Assembly: GCA_002269645.1 (NCBI GenBank)
Contig: NIVC01000887.1
Location: forward strand, 198,510-262,509
DNA from: Macrostomum lignano
Taxonomy: Eukaryota
Reading direction: 5' to 3'
DNA length: 64,000 nt
The notes beneath the pieces were generated by a model that worked only from the letters and a program-made list of their open reading frames with translations, was not told the DNA's origin and made no database searches. Below are positions 1 to 13,265 of the stretch, piece after piece (the first letter of the stretch is position 1; each line of letters begins with the position of its first letter). The translations under genes and the position numbers were made by a program.

Positions 1-775
1 CTAATCGACAATAAACACAGCCCAATAGACAATAAACACAGCCTAATCGACAATAAACACAGCCCAATAGACAATAAACACAGCCTAATCGACAATAAAC
101 ACAGCCCAATAGACAATAAACACAGCCCAATAGACAATAAACACAGCCCAATAGACAATAAACACAGCCCAATAGACAATAAACACAGCCCAATAGACAA
201 TAAACACAGCCCAATAGACAATAAACACAGCCCAATAGACAATAAACACAGCCCAATAGACAATAAACACAGCCCAATAGACAATAAACACAGCCTAATC
301 GACAATAAACACAACTTAATAAACAATAAACACAACTTAATAAACAATAAACACAGCCTAATCGACAATAAACACAGCCCAATAGACAATAAACACAGCC
401 CAATAGACAATAAACACAGCCCAATAAACAATAAACACAGCCCAATAGACAATAAACACAGCCCAATAGACAATAAACACAGCCCAATAGACAATAAACA
501 CAGCCCAATAGACAATAAACACAGCCCAATAGATAATAAACACAGCCCAATAGACAATAAACACAGCCCAATAGACAATAAACACAGCCCAATAGACAAT
601 AAACACAGCCCAATAGACAATAAACACAGCCCAATAGATAATAAACACAGCCCAATAGACAATAAACACAGCCCAATAGACAATAAACACAGCCCAATAG
701 ACAATAAGCACAGCCCAATAGACAATAAACACAGCCCAATAGACAATAAACACAGCCCAATAGACAATAAACACA
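1..775. repeat. 21-bp minisatellite (CCCAATAGACAATAAACACAG)n, inside tetraspanin intron
   Basis: Directly visible tandem array; produces the (FIVYWAV)n artefact ORFs. Confidence 0.97.
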
Positions 776-793
776 GACTGTGATAAAACTCAC

Positions 794-1096
794 AAACATG
801 AGCAGACAAGAGCTCTCCTTGAGCGCGCCGCAGCAGCCGCAGAAGCCAACAACAATTGAAATGCAGCCGAACACCAGCACAATGTAAGCGGCAGCCAGCA
901 GCATTGATGTGGAGTTCATATAGTTGTCCAGAGTAGCCCTGTCCACATCGACGTCCTTGGTGACCAATTGGACCAAGTCGAACATTGTGTCCTTGGAGAC
1001 AATCACCCAGATTGCTATGCCCGTGATGACGAGGCCAGCCAACAGGAAGATGATGTTGACCGCCACTAGGATGAACTTGTTCATGCACTGGCACAT
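794..1096 (-). CDS. Tetraspanin, first coding exon (TM1-TM2-start of TM3); gene continues beyond the window start
   Basis: Manual translation (not in ORF track): MCQCMNKFILVAVNIIFLLAGLVITGIAIWV...YIVLVFGCISIVVGFCGCCGALKESSCLLMF (101 codons), then a GTGAGT donor at 793. The N-I-I-F TM1 and G-F-x-G-C-C-G-A-x-x-E-S motifs are tetraspanin hallmarks. Confidence 0.9.
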
Positions 1097-1769
1097 CTTT
1101 GCTGTGTTTGAATTTGATTTCCAATTGGGTTCAAGAACTGTTTTTGTGCTTTCGACAATAGGTTTTATCTTGGTCAGCCCGTATAAACTGGCCAGTATAT
1201 AAACTTATGGTTTGCTTGTGTGGGGTATTATGCGGAAAATTCCATACATAATGCATTCGCCAAGTTTCTGTATGGGCCCCCCACCCGCCTCCAAAAACAC
1301 TTCCATTGTTCAATATTCCGTCTCATTCGAGTTTTTCGTGGCTTAGACTGTGGGCCAGACTGCGTGATGACTCACACACATCCACAAAACTGCCGTGCTT
1401 CGAATTAAAAGGTACCAAAAAGTGTACAATTGTCTCCGAGAGGGGGGGGGAGAGTCCGCGGATCGGTTGTTTTGCGTAGCGAGCGCTGGCACGTCTTGTC
1501 TCGCGGTATGCGAAATTGGGTATGACAGATAGATGCTCGGCATGAGACCACCTCACCTCAGCACAGACTGGTTCAACCGCTAATGATTTGAAAAATGTAT
1601 TGAGTTCCCCAGTTTCTGTTCACTAACTGCAATAGACACTACTCACAAGTACTCATCGTGTAGTGCAAGCATTGCTTTGTAAAAAATAGGAATACGAGCC
1701 GTAAATGAAATTTAAAAAATTGAGATTGAACCAATACAAAATTACCTGAAAAAAAGAAGAGAAAGCATA

Positions 1770-2880
1770 AGAATAAGAGAGACGGAGAAGAGATGGAGAA
1801 GTGATGGAGCAGAGATGGGGAAGAGATGAAGAAGAGATGGAGAAGTGATGGAGCAGAGATGAAGAAGAGATGGAGAAGAGATGGAGAAGAGATGGAGCAG
1901 AGATGGAGAAGAGATGGAGCGGGATGGAGAAGAGATAGAGCGGGATGGAGAAGAGATGGAAAAGAGATGGAGAAGAGATGGAGAAGAGATGGAGCAGAGA
2001 TGGAGAAGATACTGAGAAGGGATGGAGAAGAGATGGAGCGGGATGGAGAAGAGATGGAAAAGAGATGGAGCAGAGATGGAGAAGATACTGAGAAGGGATG
2101 GAGAAGAGATGGAGCGGGATGGAGAAGATACTGAGAAAGGGATGGAGAAGATACAGAGAAGAGACTGAGAAGGTATGGAGAAGATACAGAGAAGAGACTG
2201 AGAAGGTATGGAGAAGATACAGAGAAGAGACTGAGAAGGGATGGAGAAGATACAGATAAGAGACTGAGAAGGTATGGAGAAGATACAGAGAAGAGACTGA
2301 GAAGGTATGGAGAAGATACAGAGAAGAGACTGATAAGGGATGGAGAAGATACAGATAAGAGACTGAGAAGGGATGGAGAAGATACAGATAAGAGACTGAG
2401 AAGGTATGGAGAAGATACAGAGAAGAGACTGAGAAGGGATGGAGAAGATACAGAGAAGAGACTGAGAAGGGATGGAGAAGATACAGAGAAGAGACTGAGA
2501 AGGGATGGAGAAGATGCAGAGAAGAGACTGAGAAGGGATGGAGAAGATACAGATAAGAGACTGAGAAGGGATGGAGAAGATACAGAGAAGAGACTGAGAA
2601 GGGATGGAGAAGATGCAGAGAAGAGACTGAGAAGGGATGGAGAAGATGCAGAGAAGAGACTGAGAAGGGATGGAGAAGATGCAGAGAAGAGACTGAGAAG
2701 GGATGGAGAAGATACAGAGAAGAGACTGAGAAGGGATAGAGAAGATACAGAGAAAATACTGAAAAGAGACGAGATTGAGAAGAGACTGAGAAGAGAGTGA
2801 TAATAGATGAAGAAGCCATGGGCAAGGGATGGAGCAGAGACAGAAAGGAGAAAGAGAAGAGAAGAGGCAGAAGAGAAGAT
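1770..2880. repeat. Purine-rich (GGAGAAGAGAT-like) compound minisatellite
   Basis: Visible tandem GA-rich units; explains ORFs 1639-2961, 1653-2900 and 1826-2134. Confidence 0.95.
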
Positions 2881-3316
2881 TCGGAAGGCATTGAATTCAA
2901 AACTGGGTTCTCTGATGCTTTTTAAAAAAGTTGGCGTAAGACAACTACAAGTTGTGTTCATCTTGCCATAAAAGCTTTATAAAAATGCGGTCGTAAAGCA
3001 TCAGTTCGCAGAAGAAAACTGTGACAGTTAAAATATTGTAGTTTATGAATTTCAATAGAAACCAGAGTTTGAATGGCACCTAGGAGGTTCGCCATGAGGT
3101 CAATAAGTTAAAATTGATTTGCAAAGAACATTTGCACATTAATATAGAGTTTTTATGAAAGAATTTCCCATAAATATTCGCCGTGATATTGAAATCTGCT
3201 CCGAGACCAACTACTTAACTCCTGGCTGTGTTAATGCACTCCCTCTGGTTACAGCCTCGGGCACGCTCTCGAGTAGACTGCTTTAGAATTGTTCTTAGTC
3301 GGAGAGGCACAGAGGG

Positions 3317-6300
3317 ATGTGGAGGGGGGGGGGGCTCGCAACTGCGGCCATTCACGGGTGCAGGCATTTCAGCCTATACCGAAAAAGAACAGGAGAGCAA
3401 CTATACAGACCGAAGATTCTCTCTGTAGACTTTTTACGGAGTCAGGTTTGCTGCGCTGCCGCTCTGTGCTCGCTCTGCCCAGGAGACCTGACAACAAAAT
3501 ATGGAGTAGCGGCATTGGCCCGAATACTCTGCAGGTGGAAGCTAGATGGAAGGTGGAAGCTGGCTGGAAGATGGAAGCTAGATGGAAGGTGGAAGCTGGC
3601 TGGAAGATGGAAGCTAGCTGGAAGATGGAAGCTAGCTGAAAGAGGGAAGCTAGCTGAAAGAGGGAAGCTAGCTAGAAGAGGGAAGCTAGCTGGAAGAGGG
3701 AAGCTAGCTGGAAGATGGAAGCTAGCTGGAAGATGGAAGCTAGATGGAAGGTGGAAGCTGGCTGGAAGATGGAAGCTAGCTGGAAGATGGAAGCTAGCTG
3801 GAAGATGGAAGCTAGCTGAAAGAGGGAAGCTAGATGGAAGATGGAAGCTAGCTGGAAGATGGAAGCTAGCTGGAAGATGGAAGCTAGCTGAAAGAGGGAA
3901 GCTAGATGGAAGATGGAAGCTAGCTGGAAGATGAAAGCTAGCTGGAAGATGGAAGCTAGCTGAAAGAGGGAAGCTAGCTGAAAGAGGGAAGCTAGCTGGA
4001 AGAGGGAAGCTAGCTGGAAGAGGGAAGCTAGCTGAAAGAGGGAAGCTAGCTGGAAGACGGAAGCTAGCTGGAAGAGGGAAGCTAGCTGGAAGATGGAAGC
4101 TAGCTGGAAGATGGAAGCTAGCTGGAAGAGGGAAGCTAGCTGGAAGAGGGAAGCTAGATGGAAGATGGAAGCTAGATCGAAGATGGAAGCTAGCTGGAAG
4201 ATGGAAGCTAGCCCGAAACACTATCTCGAATGCTTGCCCTGCAGGCGAGTATCTGCCTCATATCTCATAGCTGAGCAGCAAGTTGACGCATCGCTTGTTG
4301 GCCTTCTGTGCTCTGCCTTCAAATCTGCGACGATCAAGTCGCCCACCGATGCTGCAGGCGCTACAGGCGCTGCAAGGATAAAAGAGAGAATAGATAAAGA
4401 AAACATGGAGAAGAGATAAGGAAGAGTTGGAAAAGTAATGAAGAAGAGAGGGAGAAGCAGAGAAGAGACAGAGAGGAGACGCAGAAGAGATGGAGAAGAG
4501 ACAGAAGCGACAGAGAAGAGACACAGAAGAGATGGAGAAGAGACAGAGAAGAGACGCAGAAGAGATGGAGAAGAGACAGAGAAGAGACGCAGAAGAGATG
4601 GAGAAGAGACAGAGAAGAGACGCAGAAGAGATGGAGAAGAGACAGAGAGGAGACGCAGAAGAGATGGAGAAGAGACAGAGAAGAGACACAGAAAAGATGG
4701 AGAAGAGACAGAGAAGAGACGCAGAAGAGATGGAGAAGAGATGCAGAAGAGAGAGAAGAAACAAAGAAGAGACACAGAAGAGACAGAGAAGAGACACAGA
4801 AGAGACACAGAAGAGACACAGAAGAGACACAGAAGAGACAGAGAAGAGACACAGAAGAGACACAGAAGAGACAGAGAAGAGACACAGAAGAGACACAGAA
4901 GAGACAGAGAAGAGACAGAGAAGAAACGAAGAAGAGACGCTGCAGGTACCCTACCAGCAAGAACAGGGGCGCACTCGGCTGCTTTTTGTCGACTGCACAG
5001 CATCAAACACACCAGCCATGATGGGCGCCCCCTTGGCACTCAATCTAGAACTCTTTGGCCAGCTGTTCAATCCAGACTGCACCTCATCCAGAACTCCTTG
5101 GCCCACAGCGAGCCGGCCCTCAGAAGTGACTGGCCACTCGAGCAAATCTGTTTATTCAAACCAAAGCGCGGCCGTCTACCCCCTGCCCCTGTCTCTTCTT
5201 TCCGTCTCTTTTAAAAAGCCAGAGCGGCAGTCTGCGCCCAAGCCCTGAAAGATGCAGTCCCCCGAAAGATCTTAATCGGACAACTGTGTGAGCGCGACAG
5301 CAACAGGCGGAGGTGTCAGAGTCCAGTGTCGCAAGTAGTGACATCTTATTTGTTCGATCCATTCAGCTCAGAGAGTCATCAAAGTCATCGAAGAGTTGGA
5401 ATGGCGAAGTGGAACACCGGGGGCCGGTCACGTGACCTGATTCCCGTTTAAGCACCCGCTGAGGAGGTATGTGAATTACAATGTGCGATTAAAAGCTCTT
5501 AACACTTGGAAGCTAGCTGGAAGATGGAAGCTAGCTGGAAGATGGAAGCTAGCTGGAAGATGGAAGCTAGCTGGAAGATGGAAACTAAATGGAAGATGGA
5601 AGCTAGCTGGAAGATGGAAGCTAGATGGAAGATGGAAGCTAGCTGGAAGATGGAAGCTAGCTGGAAGATGGAAGCTAGCTGGAAGATGGAAGCTAGCTGG
5701 AAGAGGGAAGCTAGCTGGAAGAGGGAAGCTAGATAGAAGAGGGAAGCTAGCTGGAAGATGGAAGCTAGCTGGAAGAAGAAAGCTAGCTGGAAGAGGGAAG
5801 CTAGATGGAAGATGGAAGCTAGCTGGAAGATGGAAGCTAGATGGAAGATGGAAGCTAGCTGGAAGATGGAAACTAAATGGAAGAGGAAAGCTAGCTGGAA
5901 GAGGGAAGCTAGCTGGAAGATGGAAGCTAGCTGGAAGATGGAAGCTAGATGGAAGAGGGAAGCTAGCTGGAAGAGGGAAGCTAGCTGGAAGAGGGAAGCT
6001 AGCTGGAAGAGGGAAGCTAGCTGGAAGAGGGAAGCTAGCTGGAAGATGGAAGCTAGATGGAAGAGGGAAGCTAGATGGAAGAGGGAAGCTAGCTGGAAGA
6101 GGGAAGCTAGCTGGAAGAGGGAAGCTAGCTGGAAGATGGAAGCTAGATGGAAGATGGAAGCTAGCTGGAAGATGGAAGCTAGCTGGAAGATGGAAGCTAG
6201 CTGGAAGATGGAAGCTAGATGGAAGAGGGAAGCTAGCTGGAAGATGGAAGCTAGCTGGAAGATGGAAGCTAGCTGGAAGATGGCAGCTACCCGATGTTAG

Positions 6301-6723
6301 CTAATGTTAGAAGCTAACGAACAAATTTTCACTAGAAATGTATTTCGTAAGCAAAAAAACAGCATGGCAACATGAAATTTTGCTCAGTCAATTTTTTGCT
6401 TCCAAAATTCCATAAATATAAATATACTGCCTGAAATCAAGAAAGCAATTTCACTCGCATATGAGCTTCGGACTGAGAAGTTCAGAGAAGTGACCATGCG
6501 AGCTAAAATCCCTTAACTCGAAATTCCCCTAGCAGATCCAATCCGACCCCTCCCAGACTCCCCAACGGACTTGATGAAGAAGCTGCTGGCGAGCTGAGTG
6601 AAGCGCTAGCGAGATTTTCACAGTTCCCAACCTGCTCTCAAGTCTCTCGCGTCCATACAAGTGAGGAATTAGATTTCCGCCAGATGATTGAGGCAGCTCT
6701 TCAGCAGGTCTGGGATCCAATAT
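3317..6723 (+). CDS. Candidate multi-exon gene of unknown function; exon-like segments ~3317-3534, ~4245-4370, ~4945-5214, ~6531-6723
   Basis: GC-balanced unique segments sit between satellites. ...VAALARILCR splices phase-consistently (ctgcag|gt...ctgcag|g) to RVSASYLIAEQQVDASLVGLLCSAFK. The last segment reads RSNPTPPRLPNGLDEEAAGELSEALARF...QQVWDPI*. Later junctions are unresolved and no homolog was recognised. Confidence 0.25.
3533..4212. repeat. 18-bp minisatellite (GGAAGCTAGCTGGAAGAT)n, copy 1
   Basis: Visible tandem array. Confidence 0.96.
4380..4938. repeat. Purine-rich GA minisatellite related to 1770-2880
   Basis: AGAAGAGATGGAGAAGAGACACAG-type units. Confidence 0.93.
5507..6290. repeat. 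18-bp minisatellite (GGAAGCTAGCTGGAAGAT)n, copy 2
   Basis: Same unit as 3533-4212. Confidence 0.96.
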
Positions 6724-6934
6724 AAGACCGGGTATTGCCTCTGCCGAGGCTGCAGACTGCAGTTTAAAGTGCATGTAACATTAAATTGGGCCCAGTTTAC
6801 TTCGCAGATTTTTCTAAGAAAGCAGTGAATGTAAGATCTAAGAAAGCTAAGAAAGCAATCTAAGAAAGCATTCCTGCAATGGTTGTGGCCCAATGGTTTC
6901 TTAAAGAAACCTCAATATTTTCTAATTACCCCTT

Positions 6935-7580
6935 AATGGTTCTCTAATGACCCTCTATGGTTTACTAATGATCCCAGTGATTCTCTAATGACCCCAATGA
7001 TTCTCTAATGACCCTCTATGGTTTACTAATGATCCCAGTGATTCTCTAATGACCCCAATGATTCTCTAATGACCCTCAGTTATTCTCTAATGACCCTCAA
7101 TAAACTACTAATACTCCCAGTGATTCTCTAATGACCCCAATGATTCTCTAATGACCCCAATGATTCTCTAATGACCCTCTATGGTTTACTAATGACCCCA
7201 ATGATTCTCTAATGACCCCAATGATTCTCTAATGACCCTCAGTTATTCTCTAATGACCCTCAATAAACTACTAATACTCCCAGTGATTCTCTAATGACCC
7301 CAATGATTCTCTAATGACCCCAATGATTCTCTAATGACCCTCTATGGTTTACTAATGATCCCAGTGATTCTCTAATGACCCCAATGATTCTCTAATGACC
7401 CTCAGTTATTCTCTAATGACCCTCAATAAACTACTAATACTCCCAGTGATTCTCTAATGACCCCAATGACTCTCTAATGACCCAATGATTCTCTAATGAA
7501 CCCAATGATTCTCTAATGACCCTCAATGATTCTCTAATGACCCTCAATGATTCTCTAATGACCCCAATGATTACCTAATG
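6935..7580. repeat. ~19-21-bp minisatellite (GATTCTCTAATGACCCCAAT) with higher-order variant blocks
   Basis: Visible tandem array. Confidence 0.93.
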
Positions 7581-7773
7581 GACGAAAAATTCAAATGTTT
7601 ATATCGATCACTTTTGATCACCCAGAACGATTCAGTAGATCAAGCGAATAAAAGATCAGACAGTACTGTAATTGATTGATGGCCGCCTGGAAATTCCTGG
7701 AAATTCCACAGCAGCTCTGGCGCACCTTCTCTCTACGGCACCTGCAGCTGCCCGAGGCTGCCCGGCTCTCGGG

Positions 7774-7894
7774 ATGAACCGGCCATGCCGCAGCAGCCTG
7801 CCATCTCCGCTGTTCACCGCCTGCCAGCAGCAGCAGCAGCAGCAGCAGACTCCAAGCAGATGCGTCCCCAAACACAGCGGCTCCCCTTTACAAG
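7774..7894 (+). CDS. SH3-domain protein, putative exon 1
   Basis: ATG...MNRPCRSSLPSPLFTACQQQQQQQQTPSRCVPKHSGSPLQG; phase-1 donor caag|gtagcg matches the phase of the 9536 acceptor. Confidence 0.5.
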
Positions 7895-7989
7895 GTAGCG
7901 TTTTAAGAATTTAAACTTTTTATTCATCACTGGATTGAACTGCTTTCCGACTCGCTCAAAGTTTGCTTGAAACAAAATGTCTGCAGTCT

Positions 7990-9390
7990 CCATCTACCGA
8001 CTGCAATCTCCCTCTCCCGCCGACTGCAATCTCCCTCTCCCACCGACTGCAATCTCCCTCTCCCGCCGACTGCAATCCCCCCTCCCACCGACTGCAATCT
8101 CCCTCTCCCACCGACTGCAATCTCCCTCTCCCACCGACTGCAATCTCCCTCTCCCACCGACTGCAATCCCCCCTCCCACCGACTGCAATCTCCCTCTCCC
8201 ACAGACTGCAATCTCCCTCTCCCGCCGACTGCAATCTCCCTCTCCCACCGACTGCAATCTCCCTCTCCCACCGACTGCAATCTCCCTCTCTATCCGACTG
8301 CAATCTCCCTCTTCCGCCGACTGCAATCTCCCTCTCCCGCCGACTGCAATCCCCTCTCCCGCCGACTGCAATCTCCCTCTCCCGCCGACTGCAATCTCCC
8401 TCTCCCACCGACTGCAATCTCCCTCTCCCACCGACTGCAATCCCCCCTCCCACCGACTGCAATCTCCCTCTCCCACCGACTGCAATCTCCCTCTCCCACC
8501 GACTGCAATCTCCCTCTCCCACCGACTGCAATCCCCCCTCCCACCGACTGCAATCTCCCTCTCCCACAGACTGCAATCTCCCTCTCTATCCGACTGCAAT
8601 CTCCCTCTCCCACCGACTGCAATCCCCCCCTCCCACCGACTGCAATCTCCCTCTCCCACCGACTGCAATCTCCCTCTCCCGCCGACTGCAATCTCCCTCT
8701 CTATCCGACTGCAATCTCCCTCTCCCACCGACTGCAATCTCCCTCTCCCACCGACTGCAATCTCCCTCTCTATCCGACTGCAATCTCCCTCTCCCACCGA
8801 CTGCAATCCCCCCCTCCCACCGACTGCAATCTCCCTCTCCCACCGACTGCAATCTCCCTCTCCCACCGACTACAATCCCCCTCCCACCGACTGCAATCTC
8901 CCTCTCCCACCGACTGCAATCTCCCTCTCCCACCGACTGCAATCTCCCTCTCCCACCGACTACAATCCCCCCTCCCACCGACTGCAGTCTCCCTCTCTAT
9001 CCGACTGCAATCTCCCTTTCTATCCGACTGCAATCTCCTTCTCTATCGGACTGCAATCTCCCTTTCTATCCGACTGCAATCTCCCTCTCTATCGGACTCA
9101 AATCTCCCTCTTCCACCGACTGCAATCTCCCTCTCTATCCGCCTGCAATCTCCCCCTTCCACCGACTGCAATCTCCCTCTCTATCCGACTGCAATCTCCC
9201 TCTCTATCCGACTGCAATCTCCCTCTCTATCCGACTGCAATCTCCCTCTCTATCCGACTGCAATCTCCCTCTCTATCCGACTGCAATCTCCCTCTCTATC
9301 CGACTGCAATCTCCCTCTCTATCGGACTCAAATCTCCCTCTTCCACCGACTGCAATCTCCCTCTTCCACCGACTGCAATCTGCCTCCCTC
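7990..9390. repeat. 23-bp C-rich minisatellite (CCGACTGCAATCTCCCTCTCCCA)n, intronic
   Basis: Visible tandem array; source of ORFs at 7927-9983. Confidence 0.96.
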
Positions 9391-9535
9391 TACCTGCAAT
9401 CTTGTGCTCAGCCTCCATCCGTTCCCTACAATTTTCCTTCTCAGCTCAGCTTCACAGAGCTTCTTCAGCAGATGGACATTTAAACATGCATTTCAGGAAA
9501 CAAGAGCAACCTGCTCCATCATCACTTTATCACAG

Positions 9536-10142
9536 GTGCATCAGGCGACCGCGGCAGCGTCAGCAATGGCACCAGCGATGGCGCCATCTCGAAGCCAGTC
9601 GGCAGCAATATCAGTGTCAGCAGCAGCAGCAGCAGCTCGGACACCGACAGCGGCGATGCCGCCGTCAAGAAGACAAAGACAGTCAACCGCACTCGTCGAG
9701 AACGTCCGGTAGGAGTCCGAGCTCGAGTCCTGTTCAGCTTCGAGGCCAGCGGCCCCGGAGAGCTCAGCGTGACAGCCGGACAGCCGGTCCGAGCTCTCTA
9801 CCACGTCGGGAAGCGCTGGCTGTTTGTGCTGACGGGCGCAGGCCAGGTGGGCTACATCCCCTTCCTGTACGCCGCCAAGGAGGCCTGGGCGCCGTGCCGG
9901 CCGGTGCCCAGCATGCGCCGCTACTGCCGCGAATTCTCGCCGCAGCCGGCGCAGCAACCGGCCGCGGCAGACTGTCCTGGTGAGCAGCGGCTCTGTCTGC
10001 CTGCCGATTTGAGCAGGCCGCCCGCGATGGCGCCGGAGGAGAGGCTGCCAGCCTCCGAGGAGTCTTCCGATAGTCGCCGGGGTGGACGAGACCGAGCAGC
10101 CTGCGACTGGAGCCGTCTGGGGCTTCGCTGCCGGGTTTTGAG
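9536..10142 (+). CDS. SH3-domain protein, exon 2 (SH3 domain ~9715-9870)
   Basis: Acceptor tttatcacag|gt. Reads ARVLFSFEASGPGELSVTAGQPVRALYHVGKRWLFVLTGAGQVGYIPFLYA, with SH3 ALYDF/ELS/W/G-x-I-P motifs. The 3' end is either 9979 (g|gtgagc) or 10142 (ag|gtagcg). Confidence 0.8.
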
Positions 10143-10152
10143 GTAGCGAGAT

Positions 10153-11390
10153 TTGGAAAGGGAGATTGGGAGTGGGAGTTGGGATTGGGGAATTAGGAGA
10201 GAGAGGGTGGGAGAGGGAGATTGGGAGAGGGAGATAGGGAGAGGGAGATTGGGAGAGGGAGATTGGGAGAGGGAGATTGGGAGAGGGAGATTGGGAGAGG
10301 GAGGTTGGGAGTGGGAGTTGAGATTGGGGAATAAGGAGAGGGAGGTTGGGAGAGGGAGGTTGGGAGAGGGAGATTGGGAGAGGGAGGTTGGGAGAGGGAG
10401 GTTGGAAGAGGGAGGTTGGGAGAGGGAGGTTGGGAGTGGGAGTTGGGATTGGGGAATTAGGAGAGGGAGATTGGGAGAGGGAGGTTGGGAGAGGGAGGTT
10501 GGGAGAGGGAGATAGGGAGAGGGAGATAGGGAGAGGGAGATTGGGAGAGGGAGGTTGGGAGTGGGAGTTGGGATTGGGGAATTGGGAGAGGGTGGTTGGG
10601 AGGAGGTTGGGAGAGGGAGGTTGGAAGAGGGAGGTTGGGAGAGGGAGGTTGGGAGTGGGAGTTGGGAGATGGAGGTTGGGAGTGGGAGTTGGGATTGGGG
10701 AATTAGGAGAGGGAGGTTGGGAGAGGGAGGTTGGGAGAGGGAGGTTGGGAGAGGGAGGTTGGGAGAGGGAGGTTGGGAGAGGGAGATAGGGAGAGGGAGA
10801 TGGGGAGAGGGAGATAGGGAGAGGGAGATTGGGAGTGGGAGTTGGGATTGGGGAATTGGGAGAGGGTGGTTGGGAGAAGGAGGTTGGGAGAGGGAGGTTA
10901 GGAGAGGGAGATTGGGAGAGGGAGATTGGGAGAGGGAGGTTGGGAGAGGGAGGTTGGGAGAGGGAGATTGGGAGAGGGAGGTTGGGAGTGGGAGTTGGGA
11001 TTGGGGAATTGGGAGAGGGTGGTTGGGAGGAGGTTGGGAGAGGGAGGTTGGAAGAGGGAGGTTGGGAGAGGGAGGTTGGGAGAGGGAGGTTGGGAGAGGG
11101 AGGTTGGGAGAGGGAGGTTGGAAGAGGGAGGTTGGGAGAGGGAGGTTGGGAGTGGGAGTTGGGAGATGGAGGTTGGGAGTGGGAGTTGGGATTGGGGAAT
11201 TAGGAGAGGGAGGTTGGGAGAGGGAGGTTGGGAGAGGGAGGTTGGAAGAGGGAGGTTGGGAGAGGGAGGTTGGGAGAGGGAGGTTAGGAGAGGGAGATTG
11301 GGAGAGGGAGATTGGGAGAGGGAGGTTGGGAGAGGGAGGTTGGGAGAGGGAGATTGGGAGAGGGAGGTTGGGAGAGGGAGGTTGGGAGAG
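10153..11390. repeat. 14-bp G-rich minisatellite (GGGAGAGGGAGGTT)n, G-quadruplex prone
   Basis: Visible tandem array of GGG tracts. Confidence 0.96.
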
Positions 11391-11399
11391 GAAGGGATG

Positions 11400-11781
11400 T
11401 CATCAGACCACAACGGACGATCTCGCCCTCCAGCAGGCGCGGAGCAGCCGGGCACCGCAGCTTCAATCGGTTGCTCTCGACCGGCCTCGCCGATCTTCAT
11501 TCGACAGCGCAGTGAGCTGCGTCGCTCCGCCAGCCGCCGCCGCCGTCGCCGCCGCCGCCAAGCGCCGGGTGACCTTCCGGACTGACGCGGAGATCATCGG
11601 CACGGCGGACAACATCGACAGACAGCCGGTGTACCAGCAGTTCCAGCCGGCTCCAAACGAATTCCAAAGCGGTCGCAACGCGGCGGAGCAGCGGCACAGC
11701 TATTTTGGCCACCGACAAGGCGACGCGAAGTCCGCGGCAGAGGCAGCGGAAATCGATTGCGTTTACCAGACACTCGTGTGA
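11400..11781 (+). CDS. SH3-domain protein, putative terminal exon (acceptor unresolved)
   Basis: Unique GC-rich frame ...AAKRRVTFRTDAEIIGTADNID...EIDCVYQTLV*. Confidence 0.6.
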
Positions 11782-12003
11782 CAGCTGCCCGGCAACTAGA
11801 TGGCTGTCTGTACCATACTGTACATACTGCAGAGTATAGGGCGCGCTGACTGCATTTGTTTAACTACTTGCTTAATACTACAGTAACTTTTTCACTTTTA
11901 AAATTAACAAAAAATTAACAAAATTTGGGATGCTTCCGTATTACAAGCGGAGCAACTCAGCAACCAGCAACTCAGTGTTGTGTTTCATGCTAATATTTAA
12001 TAC

Positions 12004-12530
12004 CGGTGGCAGAGCGGCTCAGCGGTAAATAACTAGATGGGCCACTCAGCACATTTGCGTGCAAGTTACTTTCAGTTCAGTAGTCAGTTATACAGAACCA
12101 TTTTATTTAACGACAGGCTTGTTTGGCTCTTACCCCCGCCCCCTAAGCTTAAACCCTCAAACTCCACACGGAACCCCTGCCCCGCCCCAATTTTTATTGC
12201 CTTTCTCTGAATTCCAGCCTAAAGCTGCCATGTACATTTCAGTGGACTGGCTAATGTACATTATTGCTGAACCAATTAGCAAGCTGTTTACGCCTGCAAG
12301 CTTGGGCTTCTAAACTTATCAAAGTCGTTTCAGCTGCTTTTATTTTTATAAAATAGCTTATGTATTATTCTTCTTTGCTACTGAACTGAAAGTGGAAAGC
12401 CTAAGTATATATGCCTGAGTGGCCCATCTAGTTATTCCTGTGTCTGTGCCCATGGTTCGATCCGTGCAAGGCCAAATTAATTTTGGCTGGGGGTTGTGGT
12501 GCGTCCTTCGACTTTAGCTGTCCATGGATG
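12004..12530 (+). mobile_element. tRNA-derived SINE copy whose head is split by a MITE
   Basis: A box TGGCAGAGCGG (12007-12017) and B box GGTTCGATCC (12454-12463), then ccaaattaattttggctggggg as in the other SINE copies. Confidence 0.6.
12032..12432. mobile_element. ~400-bp MITE with terminal inverted repeats and TA flanks
   Basis: AATAACTAGATGGGCCACTCAG (12028-12049) is the exact reverse complement of 12415-12436; no coding capacity. Confidence 0.8.
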
Positions 12531-13265
12531 ACTTGCGATCACTACTTCTAGGCTAGAATTATGGCCAAAATATCGCCTATAAAAACTTAAGCGATTATCT
12601 ATGATTTGAGCATAAAACACTTATTATACTACTTTAATCAGCCTAGTCAAGTGTGCTGCTCTATCCTCTTAGTGGTCCTCGCAAATAAATAATACGCAAA
12701 ATTTGATTCGTAGGCATTATAACAAGGTGAAGCATTTATTTTTCTGACTCGGTATTCATTTCATTCATTGTCAACTGTTCACACTTTAAAGAAGCAGCAA
12801 TGCAAATAAAAACAACATTTTTGCACAGAATAATTTCTGTTTATTAAAAACAAAATATTAATTCAACGCGCATCAAAACTACTGCCCAGTAGTGCGCGGC
12901 ATCCGGGAACATCTAGACAGATATAAAAGTGCGTTTCAAACAGGCACTTTTAGGAGGAGAAACGTCTTTTGAAATATTAAGAGGTTTATAATATCATAGA
13001 TAAATAATGGTGAAATTTGAAGGCACAAAATAATTGAATGATTTAGTAAGGGTTAATTGGAGTTAATAAAAAGGGCTTCATGAAACAGCAAACAGTGCAT
13101 AACACAGTTAAAACAGTAACTCTGTTGCCAAAATATTTATCTGATTTTGAGTTTCATTTGTAAGTCAAGAAGCTGAGCAGAGTGACGTCCGGTGGCTGGA
13201 ATATTTAAAGACGAATTCAAATGTGTATTATATGCATAGACAACATACATTTATATACTGTGTGA

